A stretch of 62,151 bases of DNA, the filler included, from Chiloscyllium plagiosum (taxonomy: Eukaryota), in NCBI RefSeq assembly GCF_004010195.1. It is 3 parts of one record of this genome, joined end to end, with 100 filler letters (N's around TTAATTAATTAA, not from the genome) between each part and the next. Parts side by side here need not be neighbours in the genome. Positions count along the whole stretch, not along the records: positions 1 to 16,569 come from NC_057710.1; 2 more parts are not named here. One strand, 5' to 3'. The notes beneath the pieces are model-generated. The model did not search any database and was not told the origin of the DNA. It saw nothing but the letters and a program-made list of their open reading frames with translations. This document shows positions 1 to 12,367 of the stretch, piece after piece. How positions within the stretch are numbered: the stretch's first letter is position 1; every line of letters starts with the position of its first letter. The position numbers and the translations under genes were made by a program.

Positions 1-270
1 ACCACCTTCCTAACCTGCAATCTTCTTTCTGACCTCTCCGCCCCCACCCCCACTCCGGCCTATCACCCTCACCTTATCACCCTCACGTTAACTTCCTTCC
101 ACCTATCGCATTTCCAACGCCCCTCCCCCAAGTCCCTCCTCCCTAACTTTTATCTTAGCCTGCTTGGCACACTTTCCTCATTCCTGAAGTAGGGCTCATG
201 CCCGAAACGTCGATTCTCCTGCTCCTTGGATGCTGCCTGACCTGCTGCACTTTTCCAGCAATACATTTTT
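1..270 (+). mobile_element. Penelope-like element 3' terminal repeat with a degenerate hammerhead motif
   Basis: Nearly the same sequence as 16670-16929. CTGAAGTA-GGGC-TCAT-GCCC-GAAACGTC at about 184-211. Confidence 0.75.
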
Positions 271-535
271 AACATTTAAAAGGCATTTGGATAAATACAT
301 GGATAGGAAAGGATTAGGATAGGATTAGGATATGGGCCAAGTACAGGGAAATGGGGTTAGTGTGGATGGACATTTGGTCGGCACTGCCTGACCTGCTGCA
401 CTTTTCCAGCAATACATTTTTAACATTTAAAAGGCATTTGGATAAATACATGGATAGGAAAGGATTAGGATAGGATTAGGATATGGGCCAAGTACAGGGA
501 AATGGGGTTAGTGTGGATGGACATTTTGGTCGGCA
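233..535. repeat. Near-perfect 151-bp tandem duplication spanning a PLE/CR1 junction
   Basis: 233-383 is repeated at 384-535 with a single T indel. Confidence 0.9.
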
Positions 536-1008
536 TGGACCAGTTTGGGCCAAAATGCCTGTTTCTGTGCTGTAGGACACTATGACTCTATGGTGGTATA
601 GTGGTCAGTGAAGAATTTTATCTAAGATTACAAAGATATCTTGATCAATTTGGTCAATGGGCTGAGGAGTGGCAAATGGAGTTTCATTTGGATAAGTACG
701 AGGTGTTGCATTTTGGTAAAACAAACAAGGGCAGGAGGTGTGCAATTAATGGTGGGGCTTTGGGTGATGCTGCAGAGTGAGAGACCCTGTTGTTCAGGTA
801 CATAATTCTTTGAAAGTTGTGTCACAGGTAGACAGGGTGGTTGAGAAGACATTTAGCATGCTTGTATTCATTCCTCAAATCTTTGAGTCTAGGAGTTGGG
901 ACATCATGTTGAGGTTGGACAAGACATTGGTGGGGCCCATTCTGCAGTGCTGTGTGCAGTTCTGGTCACCCTGCTATACGAAGTATATGATTAAAATGGA
1001 GAGGGTTA

Positions 1009-2449
1009 GAACATAGAACATAGCGCAGAACAAGCCTTTTGTCCCTCGATGTTGCACTGACCTGTGAACTATTTTTAGCTTGTCCCCCTACACTATCCCA
1101 TCATCATCCATGTGCTTATCCAAGGATTGTTTAAATATCCCTAATGTGGCTGAGTTAACTACATTGGCAGGGAGGGCATTCCACACCCTTACCACTCTCT
1201 GCATAAATAACTTGCCTCTGACATCTGTCTTAAATCTATCACCCCTCAATTTGTGATAGGCCCCCTCGTACAAGCTGATGTCATCATCCTAGGAAAAAGA
1301 CTTTCACTGTCTACCCTATCTAATCATCTGATCATCTTGTATGTCTCTATCAAATCCCCTCTTAGCCTGCTTCTTTCCAATGAGAACATATTAAGTCTCT
1401 CAGCCTTTCCTCATAAGATCTTCCATCCAGACCAGGCAACATCCTGGTAAATCTCCTCTACACCTTTTCCAATGCTTCCACATCCTTCCTGAAATATGGC
1501 GACCAGAACTGTACACAATATTCCAAGTGTGGCCACACTAGCGTTTTGTATAGTTGCAGCATAATAGATGTACATAGATCCATCTACCAATGAAACCTAA
1601 CACACTGTATGCCTTCTTAACAGCACTATCCACCTGGGTGCCAATTTTCAGGGATCTATGTACTTGGACTCCAAGATCCCTCTGCACATCCACACTACCA
1701 AGAATCTTTCCGTTGACCCAGTACTCTGCCTTCCTGTTATTCTTCCCAAAGTGCATCATCTCACATTTAGCTGCATTGAACTCCATTTGCCACCTCTCAG
1801 CCCAATTCTGCAGTTTATCCAAGTCCCCCTGCAACCTGTAACATTCTTCCAAACTGACCACTACTCCACCAACTTTAGTGTCATCTGCAAATTTGCCAAT
1901 CCATCCACTTATGCCGGATGCTGCCTGAATTGCTGTGCTCTTCCAGCACCACTGATCCAGAATCTGGTTTCCAGCATCTGCAGTCATTGTTTTTACCTCG
2001 TTGATTTTAACCCTACTGCGAATCCTCTTGCAAGGATGCCTGCCTTGAAAAAGTTTTCCTCCTCTCTCTACAAGAATCTCAGGGAGTCCCTCTCTACTTT
2101 CTCCCCACCCCCACCCTCCTCTAGCTTATCTCTCCATGCTTCAGGCTCTCTGCCTTTATTCCTGATGAAGGGCTTTTGCTGCTCGTCGGATGCTGCCTGA
2201 ATTGCTGTGCTCTTCCAGCACCACTGATCCAGAATCCACTTATGCCTATGTCTAAGTCATTTATAAAAATGACAAACAGCAGTGGTCCCAAAACAGATCC
2301 TTGTGGCACACCATTAGTAACTGGACTCCAGGCTGAATATTTTCTATCAACTACCACTTGCTGCCTTCTTTCAGAAAACCAGTTTCTACTTCAAACTGCT
2401 AAATCACCCTCAATGCCAGGCCTCTGCATTTTCTCCAACAGCCTACCAT
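1009..2449 (-). mobile_element. CR1 LINE 3' part (RT), itself interrupted at 1916-2233
   Basis: [20 protein letters not shown] and WAERWQMEFN motifs. 3' tail at about 1010. Confidence 0.9.
1916..2233 (+). mobile_element. Short Penelope-like insertion with terminal direct repeats and a 13-bp TSD
   Basis: ATCCACTTATGCC at 1903-1915 and 2234-2246. A direct repeat of about 49 bp at 1916 and 2188. Truncated hammerhead motif at 2162. Confidence 0.85.
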
Positions 2450-2919
2450 TCAGAAGAAATTTACCAGTATATTGTCAGGAATGGATGGTTTGAGTTTGAA
2501 GGATAGGTTATAAAGGGTAGGACTATTTTCATTGGAGCGTAAAATCATAAGGGGCATAGATAAGGGGAATAGCAAGGGTCTTTTACCTTGTGTGAGGGTG
2601 TTCAAACCTAGGGGGCATATTTTTAAGGTGGGAAGAGCAAGTTTTAAAAAGGATACAAGAGGCAACTTCTTTACATAGAGAATGATTTGTGTGTGGAATA
2701 AATTGCCAGAAGAACCAATGGATGCATGTACAGTTCCAACACTTAAAAGATATTTGGATAAGTACATGAATAGGAAAAGTTTGGAGGGATATGGGCCAAA
2801 TGCAGGCAAGTGGGTCTAGTTAAGTTTGGGAACATGGTCGGCATGGACTAGTTGGACCGAAGGATCTGTTTCCATGCTGTATGACTCTATGACTCAATGG
2901 CTGTGTAACTCTGTGAGTG

Positions 2920-3957
2920 CTGATGAGGGTAATAGCTTCCCTGTGGTATACTTTAGGAAGGCTTTTGATAAGGTCCGTCAGAGCTGACTGGTCAAGAAAG
3001 TAAGAGTTCATGGGATCCAAGACAAAGTGACATGTTGATCCAAAATTATCTGAGAGGTATGAAGCAAAGATTGATGGTTGAGAAATATTTCTGTGGCTGG
3101 ATGTCTGCTTCCAGTGGGGTACTGCAGGGCTCGGTGCCGGGACCCATGCTGTTTGTGATATATATTAATGATTGGACATGAAAGTAGGGGGAATAATTAA
3201 GAAGTTTGAGAATGACATGAAAATTGGTTGGGTGTTATATAGTGAGCAGAATAGCCATAAATTGCAGGAGGATTAGTCACATGGACAGAGCAGTGGCAAT
3301 GGAATTCAACTTGGAAAGTGTGAGTTAATGCACTTGGAGACGGTGACAAGACAAATGATTACACTATGGATGGTAGGACTCTGGAAACCTCTGAGGATTA
3401 GAGGGACTTCGGCATATCCACGGATTCCTGAACATAGCAGAATAGCTAGATAAGGTGGTTTAGAAGGTGTACAGAATATTGTCCTTTATTACTGAAGCAG
3501 AGACTACAAGAACAAGGACACTACGCTGAAACTGTATAAAACACTAGTTGGACCACAGCTGGAGTATTGTGTGCAGTTCTGGTCGCCATATTGTAAGAAG
3601 GATGTAATTGCACTTGAGAGACTGTAAGTGAGATTTCTTACTATGCTGCCTAGGCTCGAATTCCGTAGAGTCGTTGATAATAAGGCGGTATAGGTTGAAG
3701 GTAAGAGGTAAAAGGCTAAGAGGGGATTTGAGGAGAAATGTTTTCACCCAGAGTTTGGGGGTATCTGGAACTCACTAACTGAAATGGTAGCTGAGCCTGA
3801 AACTCTTGAACTATTCATGTAGTGTTTCGGTATTGAGTTACATTGTTATTGTTTCCAAGGCTATGGGCCAGAACTGGAAAATGGGACTTTGGTGATTAGT
3901 GTGCACACTTTGAACCAAATGACCTCCTTCTGTGCAGTAAATATCTATCAGTCTATA
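2920..3957 (+). mobile_element. Degenerate CR1 LINE RT and 3' end
   Basis: Decayed GVxQGSVPGP and LEYCVQFWSP motifs, followed by the 3' tail. Confidence 0.75.
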
Positions 3958-4919
3958 GGCTAGTATTCCTCTTATTACAGCAGAGGATGTTACATTGAGA
4001 CTTAATTGTAACTTTAAATATTACATGAAAGGTTTTGACAGAATAAGAAGAAGCTGTCTCCTGCGACAGAAGGACTGCGTACCCACATGATATAGATTGA
4101 AGAAAATTGGCAAATAAACTACTGATGTGACAAGCAAATGTTTTTCACACAAAATATTGTTGCCTGGAATTCATTGCCTGAAAAACAGTGATGAAGCCAT
4201 TTTTATACTAAACTACAGAGGTGAATTAAACATATATTTGGGAAGAGAAATAAAAATTACAGGGCAATGGAAAAGAGCGAGAAAAAAAACTAATTTGCAG
4301 ATGCTAGAAGTCTGAAACAAGAAACTCAGCAGATTTGGCAGAACCTGAGAGAAACAGAGTTAATGTTTTTGAGTTATATATGACTCTTCTGTTCAGAGCA
4401 GACTAAATTATAATACCTTACAGGCAGACACAGGCAGAATAAGTTGATTGGTCACATTTTGTGTCGTAAGATTCCATGCTGCCAGATTGATTAAAATCCC
4501 CTCACAATTTGTTTGGTCTAGTCAGCTGAGGTTTCTGTTTTCAAAGAAGAATGGACAAATTAGTCAAATTTTAGATCATAGTCACCTTTTCTGTTACTTA
4601 CAAAAGCCTGAGCTCTTCTTTAGTGTCTGATTTGCACTGAAATTTGTTTTCTCTAATCTTATACCTTTGCCCTGAATGCTTCCCCCTCCTTCTGTGAAAG
4701 CCTAGGCTCAAGTTGGGAAAGGATTTTGACAATTTGCCTTTCATCCACACATTTTTTAAAAATGGTTATTGATCATGTCAGAATGTAAATTATAAGTGGT
4801 ATCAAGGTTCTTAATTGTAGAGAGCATCAAAGTTTATCTGTTCATGTTCTCACCTGATATCCACAAATACATTTCCAAGCAATATCTCTGGATGTTGCAA
4901 CCAGTTTGAATGTCCTGCC

Positions 4920-5419
4920 AGTTATGAAGTCGAAGGCTTGTACTGTACACTTAAGAGACAGTAAATGTTGTTTTGCACTGAGAGCTTACAAGCACCTGTG
5001 ATGACTAACTAGGTCTCAGAGTGTATTGGAAAATTGAAAATATGCAACATTTGGCTGTGAAACAGATTGCTGAGTTGGTTTTTCTTTTGACAACAATTTA
5101 AATTTAGCCAATCAGTTTAAATTATGCCCCAGGATATTAAAACCCAATTAATTTTAATATGGGTTTCTATTAGAGTAGTCTATTGTTATAGAGTTGGAAG
5201 CAGATAACAATCAGTTAAGAGAAAGGAGGGTTTAGAGTTTTAATAGTTATTGTTTAATGTTCGCTTTTAGAGTTAAAGAGTAAAGTGATATCATTTTCTT
5301 TAAATAGTTGTATTTGAGAGTTCTCTATCACTCATACTTTAACAGATTAAGGAGTGCGGGGTGAGCTTTTCTGGGTGTTTGATTTAATTAACAGAAAGGT
5401 TCACCGCCGTTTCATAACA
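4920..5419 (+). mobile_element. Solo LTR with a 5-bp TSD
   Basis: Inverted termini (A)GTTATGAA...TTCATAACA. CTGCC flanks both sides (4915-4919 and 5420-5424). Resembles the LTR at 49516. Confidence 0.8.
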
Positions 5420-5884
5420 CTGCCACCAACCAGTTATGAAATAATTCAGATTTAATCCACGTCCATCTAATTTTTTTACAATTTTAGGTAACCATACAGT
5501 GGAATTAATTTCAAGGATTCAGGACTTTTCAAAATGTAAATATTTCATAAGAAGTGCTGGTTAAAATTTAATACTGTTGCATGCATCTCACTGGCTGGGC
5601 ATTTATTAACATTTTGCACAAAGATTCTGTTTGCCAAATTCCAAAGATTATCACTCTGTAAATGTGTTCTGAAAGTATTGCTGGAAGAAATAAGCTTTCC
5701 ACTAACATCTGAAAAGAATTGGCATGAGGCAAATTCAGGTAATTGCATTCTACATAATGACATTTAATATAGTTAGCATGCAATTCTTGATGACTTATTT
5801 CCAGAAATGTTCTGAAATTTTTATTTGGGAACACTGTAAACTATTTTATCATACAGCCCTGACCAAAGCTAGGCTTGTGTTGAG

Positions 5885-6101
5885 TTCTGATTGCACTCTT
5901 AGCCAACTTCTCCCCAGCCCCACCCTCCTTCCATTTATCTCTCCACTCTGGAGGCTCCCAGCCTGATGTATCCTGATGAAGGGCTTTTGCCGGAAACATC
6001 AATTTTCCTGCTCTTCGGATGCTGCCTGACCTGTTATGCTTTTCCAGCACCACTCTAATCTTAACTCTGATTTCCAGCATCTGTAGTCCTCACTTTCGCC
6101 T
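5885..6101 (+). mobile_element. Short Penelope-like terminal repeat with a hammerhead motif
   Basis: CTGATGA at 5973 and GAAA at 5993, followed by the shared GGATGCTGCCTGACCTG tail. Confidence 0.75.
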
Positions 6102-6643
6102 TGTGTGTGTCCTGACTATATAGAGCCCAGATATCTGTGCAGTAAGGACAGAATTGATTGTATTAACACAGAGGATTGCAGAATTGAATATGTAATTAAG
6201 TTAAACTGATATATACTTGCATTCTGGTTTCTATGATATTTTATGTTGGTTCAGAATTAATGCATTCAACTCCTTTTCCTGTAGAAGTTTATCTTTTACT
6301 GATTCTTGATTAAGAATGTACATTGCAAATAAACTTTTGTGCTTCTCTGTACGTTCCATATGTTCATCATTTGCCATGTGTTATATCATATAACTAAGGA
6401 CTTCATTGGAATGTTTCATTTAAAGGCTAATCTTCACATGTTGCTTAGCACAGACTGAATATCTAAGTGTGAATTTGTTGATGGTTTCTGAACACAATGA
6501 AATTGTGATATGTTTAGATCATATTAAGTAATAAGTCAGAAAATATTGCAACATTATTCCTTATAAACCCTGTAATTAACAAAAAAATGTATTTATTTTC
6601 ATTGTAATTGAACAGTGATTAAATAGAATCGAACAACGACAGG

Positions 6644-6713
6644 ATGAAGACAATTTTGTATCTTATTTACTTTGTGGTCCACTTACCTAAATCTTTTTCA
6701 CAAAGTAATGAAG
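6644..6713 (+). CDS. First coding exon (signal peptide) of an apple-domain gene (prekallikrein/factor XI/kalliklectin-like)
   Basis: ATG at 6644 gives MKTILYLIYFVVHLPKSFSQSNE+G, followed by a consensus donor GTAAGT at 6714 (phase 1). Hydrophobic N-terminus. Splices in frame to the exon at 10598. Confidence 0.8.
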
Positions 6714-6794
6714 GTAAGTCTTTTTGCTCTCTTTTTATCTTGTACTTGAAGATTGAATGTACGGAACATATGAGTTGATTTAATTAAATATTGA

Positions 6795-7406
6795 TCATAG
6801 AGTCATAGAGATGTACAGCATGGAAACAGACCCTTCGGTCCAACCCGTCCATGCCAACCAGATATCCCAACCCAATCTAGTCCCACCTGCCAGCACCCGG
6901 ACCATATCCCTCCAAACCCTTCCTATTCATATACCCATCCAGATGCCTTTTAAATGTTGCAATCGTACTAGTCTCCACCACTTACTCTGGCAGCTCATTC
7001 CATACACATACCATCCTCGGCATGAAAAAGTTGCCCGTTAAGTCTCTTTTATATCTTTCCTCTCTCATCCTAAACCTATGCCCTCTAGTTCTAGACTCCC
7101 CAAACCCAGGGAAGAGACTTTCTCCATTTATCCTATCCATGACTCTCATGATTTTATAAACATCTATGAGGTCACCCCTCAGCCTCCGATGCTCCAGGGA
7201 AAACAGCCCTAGCCTATTCAACCTCTCCCTATAGCTCAAATCCTCCAACCCTGGCAACATCCTTGTAAAGTTTTTCTGAACCATTTCAAGTTTCACAACA
7301 TCCTTCTGATAGGAAGGAGACCAGAATTGCACACAACATTCTAAAAGTGGCCTAGCCAATGTACTGCACAGCCACAACATGACCTCCCAACTCCTGTACT
7401 CAATAC
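6795..7406 (-). mobile_element. CR1 (HER1-like) LINE 3' end, intronic
   Basis: ORF 6982-7380 contains VQFWSPSYQKDV and RRLRGDLI. GACTCTAT tail. Confidence 0.9.
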
Positions 7407-7496
7407 AGTGAATATCCTGTAGCCAAATTTGCAGATGTTACAAAAGTAAATGGGAAGTCAAATGATGACAATGACGCAAGGAGTCTGCAGCAGTGT

Positions 7497-7838
7497 AGAA
7501 TCATTGAATCCCTACAGTATGGAAATAGGACGGTTGGCCCAACAAGTCCACACTGACCGTCCGAAGAATATCCAACCCTGACCTATTCCCCTATCCTATT
7601 ACTCTACATTTGCCCCTGACTAATGCACCTAACTTACATATCCCTGAACACTATGGGCAATTTAGCACAGCCAGTTCACCCCATTGGACTGTGGGAGGAA
7701 ACCAGAGCACCAGGAGGAAACCAACGCGGACACGGGGAGAATGTGCAAACTCCACACAGACAGTCACCTGAGACTAGAATCAAACCCGCATCCCTGGCGC
7801 TGTGAGGCAGCAGTGCTAACCACTGAGTCACTGTGCTG
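7497..7838 (-). mobile_element. tRNA-derived V-SINE (HE1-like)
   Basis: Reverse complement gives an A-box/B-box head, a GTCTGTGTGGAGTTTGCAC core and a CR1-like tail. Confidence 0.85.
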
Positions 7839-9166
7839 CAATAAATTTAATTTCACCCTCTACCATGGTGAGAATCGAATCTATAATCCCAGATTATTAT
7901 AATCTTGTACACTGGATTACTAGTCAGGTGACATTATCATTTTGCCACAACTTCTCCTTAAGAGACAGGCTAACCAAATGGTGAAAAACTGGGCAGATGG
8001 AAATAATGTGGAAGATATGAGGTTATGTATTTTTGCAGGGTAGAGGAGTGGAATATTATTTAAGTGGAGAAAGACTGCAGAAAATTATGTAACAGAGGGA
8101 CTTGAGAGTCCTCATCAATGAATCATAGAAATCTAGCATCCAAGTTCAGTGCGCAATGACAAAGGCAAATGGGATGTTGGGCATTATTTCAAGGGAATGG
8201 AGTAGGGAGGTTTTGCTAAAAATATGGAAGACACTAGTAAGACAGTGCTGAAATGCTGCAAACAGTTTTGAGCCCCTTATATGTGGAAAGATATACTGAC
8301 ATTGGAGACAATCCAGAGAAAGTTCACTCGATTGATTTTGCATATGAATGGATTTTAATATGAGGAGAGGGTGAGCGTATTGGGCTGGTACTTATTGGAG
8401 CTTAGATGAGTAAGAAGCAAACTTATAAGATTCTTAGGGTACTTGATACATTAGATGTGGAAATGTTGTTTACCATCTAGCACCAGGGGGGCATAATCTC
8501 AGAATAGGAGGTTGTCCTTTTAAGACAGCGATGACAAGGAATTTCTTTTCTCAGAAGGTTGTGAATCTCTAGACTGACAGATTTGTAATCATTAAGGGTA
8601 TCAAGGGTTATATATGTAAGGAAGAGACAAGGAGTTGAGGATTATCACATGCCCCATGATATAATTGAATGCAGAGCAGATTCGATGAGTTGGATAGCTT
8701 ACCTGTGCTTCTGTATCTTATGGTCTTATGATTTTTTTTGGCATAAATAGAAGATTGGTGAGCTTAAAGGGACCAGTGTATAAGCACAATTGCATCATTT
8801 TCCAATTGGAAAGATATAATGCTACAGGGGTCAATGTGACCACAAATATTTCATAATTTGCATGAATGAATTGATTATGGTAACTAAAGTTGCTGAATAC
8901 AGAAAGATAGGTAGATTAATTTGTGAAGGGAATGTAAGGAGAGTACAAAAGGAGAAAGGACAGGTTAAGTGAGTGGTTGAGATTTGGCAAGTGGAGTTCC
9001 ATATGAGAAAGTGTGCAAATGTCAATTTTGGGCAGGGATAATAGTAAAGAAACATGGTACATAAATTATGAGAGATTGTAGTGCACAAAGATAAGGAGAG
9101 ATATGGCTGTCTTAGACAATTGAATGCATTATCTGAGATGACATAGCACCTATTGTTGAAATTCAC

Positions 9167-9471
9167 TTGAGAATGAAACTTTAAAACGACGTTCTGGGAT
9201 TTACATATGAAAGAACTGAAACCAACATGGTCATTCTAAAAGATGAGAGACTTAATAAACAATCCAGGTCTTTTTCAATATATCATTTCAGTTGCATCAC
9301 ATTGTAAACTTTTGCTATAAATTCTGTGTATTAAGATCTTATACTCCACACCTACCTGATGAAGGAGCAGCGCTCTGAAAACTAGTGCTTCCAAATACTG
9401 TTGGACTATAACCTGGTGTTGTGTGATTTTTAATTTTGTACACCCCAGTCCAACACTAGCACCTCCAAATT
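9167..9471 (+). mobile_element. Short element carrying a second hammerhead-motif family
   Basis: CTGATGA-A-GGAGC-AGC-GCTCT-GAAA at 9356-9380. The 3' part recurs at about 31877-31938. It interrupts a CR1. Confidence 0.6.
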
Positions 9472-10597
9472 AGGAAAACAATGGTGTCATCTATTGCAAG
9501 GTGCATTTAATACAAAGGTAGGGAGGTTATTCTTCAATTACGCAGGGATTGGCAAGACACCATCTGCAATACAGTGCTTTTGTGTGTAGGGTATTGATTT
9601 CCCTATTTAAGGAAGGATATAAATGCGTTGGAAACAGTTCAAAGATTAACTCAGCTAAAACTCAGAATGTGTGGGCTTTCTTAGTGTGAAGATTGGTCAA
9701 GCTAGGCTTGTATGCAGTGGAATTTGGAAGAGTAAGAGGTCATTTGTTTAAAAACCTAAGTGGTCTTGACAGGGTGCACGTGGAAAGGATGTTATCTCTT
9801 ATGAGATAAACTGGAACTAAGTAGGGGTCACCATTAAAGATAGTGTTGAGAAAATATTTATTATAGAAGTTTGGGAGTTTTTGAAACTCAATTCCTGAAA
9901 AGGGGATAGAAAGGGAGTCATTGAGTCACAGAGACGTACAGCACGGAAACAGACCCTTTGGTCCAACTCATCCAGCATTTTGGAAATCCTTTAACAATTT
10001 AAAGACAATGTAAAGACAATCAGAAACAGACTGAATGGTTATTGGGCCAAGGTAGGTGTGTGGATTAATTAGATCAACCATGATTTTATTGAATGGTGAG
10101 GAGGCTTGAAGAACCAAAGACCCTAATCCTGCTCCCATTCATAATTTTGATGTTCGTTTGTTCATAATTTGCAAAGGGAAAAGAGGAGAGCCAATTGAAT
10201 CCACCCCACCTGTTTGCAGCAGTGTATGCATTGGTCATTCCTAATTTCATCTATGGTTTATTTCCTGCAAGCATGTGGGGAGGGAGTTGATGCTGATATA
10301 TCCAGAGTCAGAATGGTCAGTAATCAGAGGAATCAGATTTGAGGTAATTGACAAAAGAAGCAATGAGGTAAAGGAAACACAAAGTGAGCTGTTGTGACCT
10401 GGACTCTACTGCCTGGGACAGTGATGGAAACAGATCAAAGAATAACCTGCGAAAAAGGAACTGGGTAAATACACAAAAAGGAATGAAATTGCTGTGCACT
10501 AGAGTATGAAAATAGATCTGGATCTTTTTGAAAACTTTCCCAATTTAATGCGAATTTATGATGAGCACATTGCTAACACTAAACAATTTTTTTGTAG

Positions 10598-10757
10598 GAT
10601 GTGTACGTGATCTGCTTAACAATGTAGATTTTCCTGGAAATGACATTGAATCAGTCTATGCACCAGACGTCAACTACTGTCAGAAAGTGTGCACCGAGGA
10701 CAGCAGGTGTCAGTTTTTCACCTTTTTAACAAGAGATTGGAACACAGACACCCGAAG
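10598..10757 (+). CDS. Apple (PAN) domain, first-half exon
   Basis: Branch-like TGCTAAC at 10571, T-tract plus AG at 10596-10597, and donor GTAAAT at 10758. 160 nt, phase 1 to 2. Encodes (G)CVRDLLNNVDFPGNDIESVYAPDVNYCQKVCTEDSRCQFFTFLTRDWNTDTR(R), with the apple motifs DFPGxD and C-x3-C-x5-C-xFFT. Confidence 0.95.
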
Positions 10758-11659
10758 GTAAATCTGTCAACATTTCATTGAGATGTTTGTGTGGAATATG
10801 GAATAGTTGTGACAAGGTTACATTAGAGCTAAGCTTACCACACAGGGTAATACTGACTGGGATTGGAGCAGCTCCTTATAGTCTTCTAGTAATTTAGAAC
10901 TCACACATTTCCTCAGTAGTATTTGTCATTGCACACTTAAAACCTAAACACATTGATTGAGGTCATTAAAGCACATTTATTTGGAATTAGGTTTTTAGAA
11001 GAAGAATATTAGGAACAAAGAAATAAAAACAGAAATAGGCCATTTGGCCCTTCGAAACAGCTACACCATTCAGTAAGATCATAATTGCTTTTCTGCCTTT
11101 ATTATTTTGCTGTAATATTCTCATACATTTAATATCTAAAAGCTTTCATATTCTACTTACCTAATGACTGAGCCTCCACATCCTCTGTGCTGGATCATTC
11201 TGAAGATGTGTCATCGTCTGAGTGAAGAACTTCCACTCAACTCAATCTAAATGGTCCACCTCTGATCCTGAAACTATCTTCCCTGCATCTACAACCCGAG
11301 CCACTTGAAAGATTCTTTCCACAATATTTGAGATCTCCTAAGTTAACTTAAGTGCCCAGATAACAAGTCAATGAGAACCATGCTAAAAATTTGTGTTTGA
11401 ATTCAGTTTCTTCAACATTTTAAAGTCTGCCATTATTAACTTTGGATAATCATAATAAAGCAGGTGAATACAGCATCACTTTTCTTATATGGCATATACA
11501 TGATTGAAAATTAATAAATGATGCTTAGTCATTAATGAATGAATCAATGGCTTTGAAGTCATTATGCTGACCAGCAGGAATATATTCTGTCAGGGCATCA
11601 ACGATCTCCAGAGAATTAGTGATCAAATCCCATCCTTTAACTGAAAGAATCCTGATTGT

Positions 11660-11950
11660 ATGAAAAAAAATCATCGAGCCCATCAATCTATACCAACCCT
11701 CCAAAACTCAGGATTCCCCCCCCATTCCACATTTAACATGACTAATTCACCTAGCCTGTACATCTTTTGACAGTAGGGAGCAACTTGACACAGCCAATCC
11801 ACCTAACCTGCATATCATTGGACTCTGGGAAGGAACCAGAGCACCTAGAGGAAACTCATGCAACCACAGAGGAGAATGTGCATGAGAGTGGAATCAAACC
11901 CGGGTCCCTGGGTGATGTGAGGCAGCAGTGCTAACCACTGATCTACCGTT
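11660..11950 (-). mobile_element. Degenerate V-SINE
   Basis: GTGAGGCAGCAGTGCTAACCACTG head, in reverse. Confidence 0.75.
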
Positions 11951-12260
11951 CAATTTGACTGCGCGAATCAAAACACATGGATTCAATTAAGTGGAATTGG
12001 AAGAGGGATAGAATTATTGACTCTTCGGGTGGTGTCCCTACCTTAGAACCAGGAGGTCTATGTTCAAGTCCCACTTGCTCCAGAGGTGTGTACTAACATT
12101 CTCTGCTGAGGGGAAAAAGATGAAGAAGAATCTCCTGATCTCATCCTCCCACCAAACCCACCTACTGTATTTCCAAAGCAGCAGCATAGATTTACCTGTA
12201 CATCATGAAAAATGCATTTCAGAACTTCATCACCCACCTTCTATTCTCATTATCTTTCAG

Positions 12261-12367
12261 GTTTTATTGTTATTTGAAGAGGACGACAACAGGACAACCA
12301 ACTGTGAAATCTAATTTACAAAACGTTGTCTCAGGATATTCTCTGAAACACTGTGGGACACAATCTC
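12261..12367 (+). CDS. Apple (PAN) domain, second-half exon (not shown in this frame in the ORF track)
   Basis: Acceptor TTATCTTTCAG ends at 12260 and donor GTAAGT starts at 12368. 107 nt, phase 2 to 1. Encodes (R)FYCYLKRTTTGQPTVKSNLQNVVSGYSLKHCGTQS, with CYLK and SGYSLKxC motifs completing six Cys. Confidence 0.95.

Larger units (their letters stand above)
591..2895 (+). mobile_element. CR1 LINE 3' part, split by a minus-strand CR1 insertion
   Basis: RT C-terminal sequence (CVQFWSP..MERV) stops at about 1008 and resumes as QKKFT at about 2451. Ends in a GACTCTAT tail. Confidence 0.8.
7410..10160 (+). mobile_element. Old, fragmented CR1 LINE copies
   Basis: Decayed KFADxTK, WQME and QFxAPY motifs and 3' tails, interrupted by younger insertions. 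Confidence 0.65.

Noticed and set aside
10558..10597. ORF-track start MMSTLLTLNNFFV for the apple domain
   Set aside because: This is intronic branch point and polypyrimidine tract. The real N-terminus is better explained by the exon at 6644.
12060..12314. 84-aa ORF overlapping the third exon
   Set aside because: Wrong frame. The apple motifs are in another frame starting at the acceptor at 12260.
6644..12367. Assigning the symbol KLKB1 or F11
   Set aside because: No protease domain or synteny is visible, so orthology cannot be established from one apple domain.
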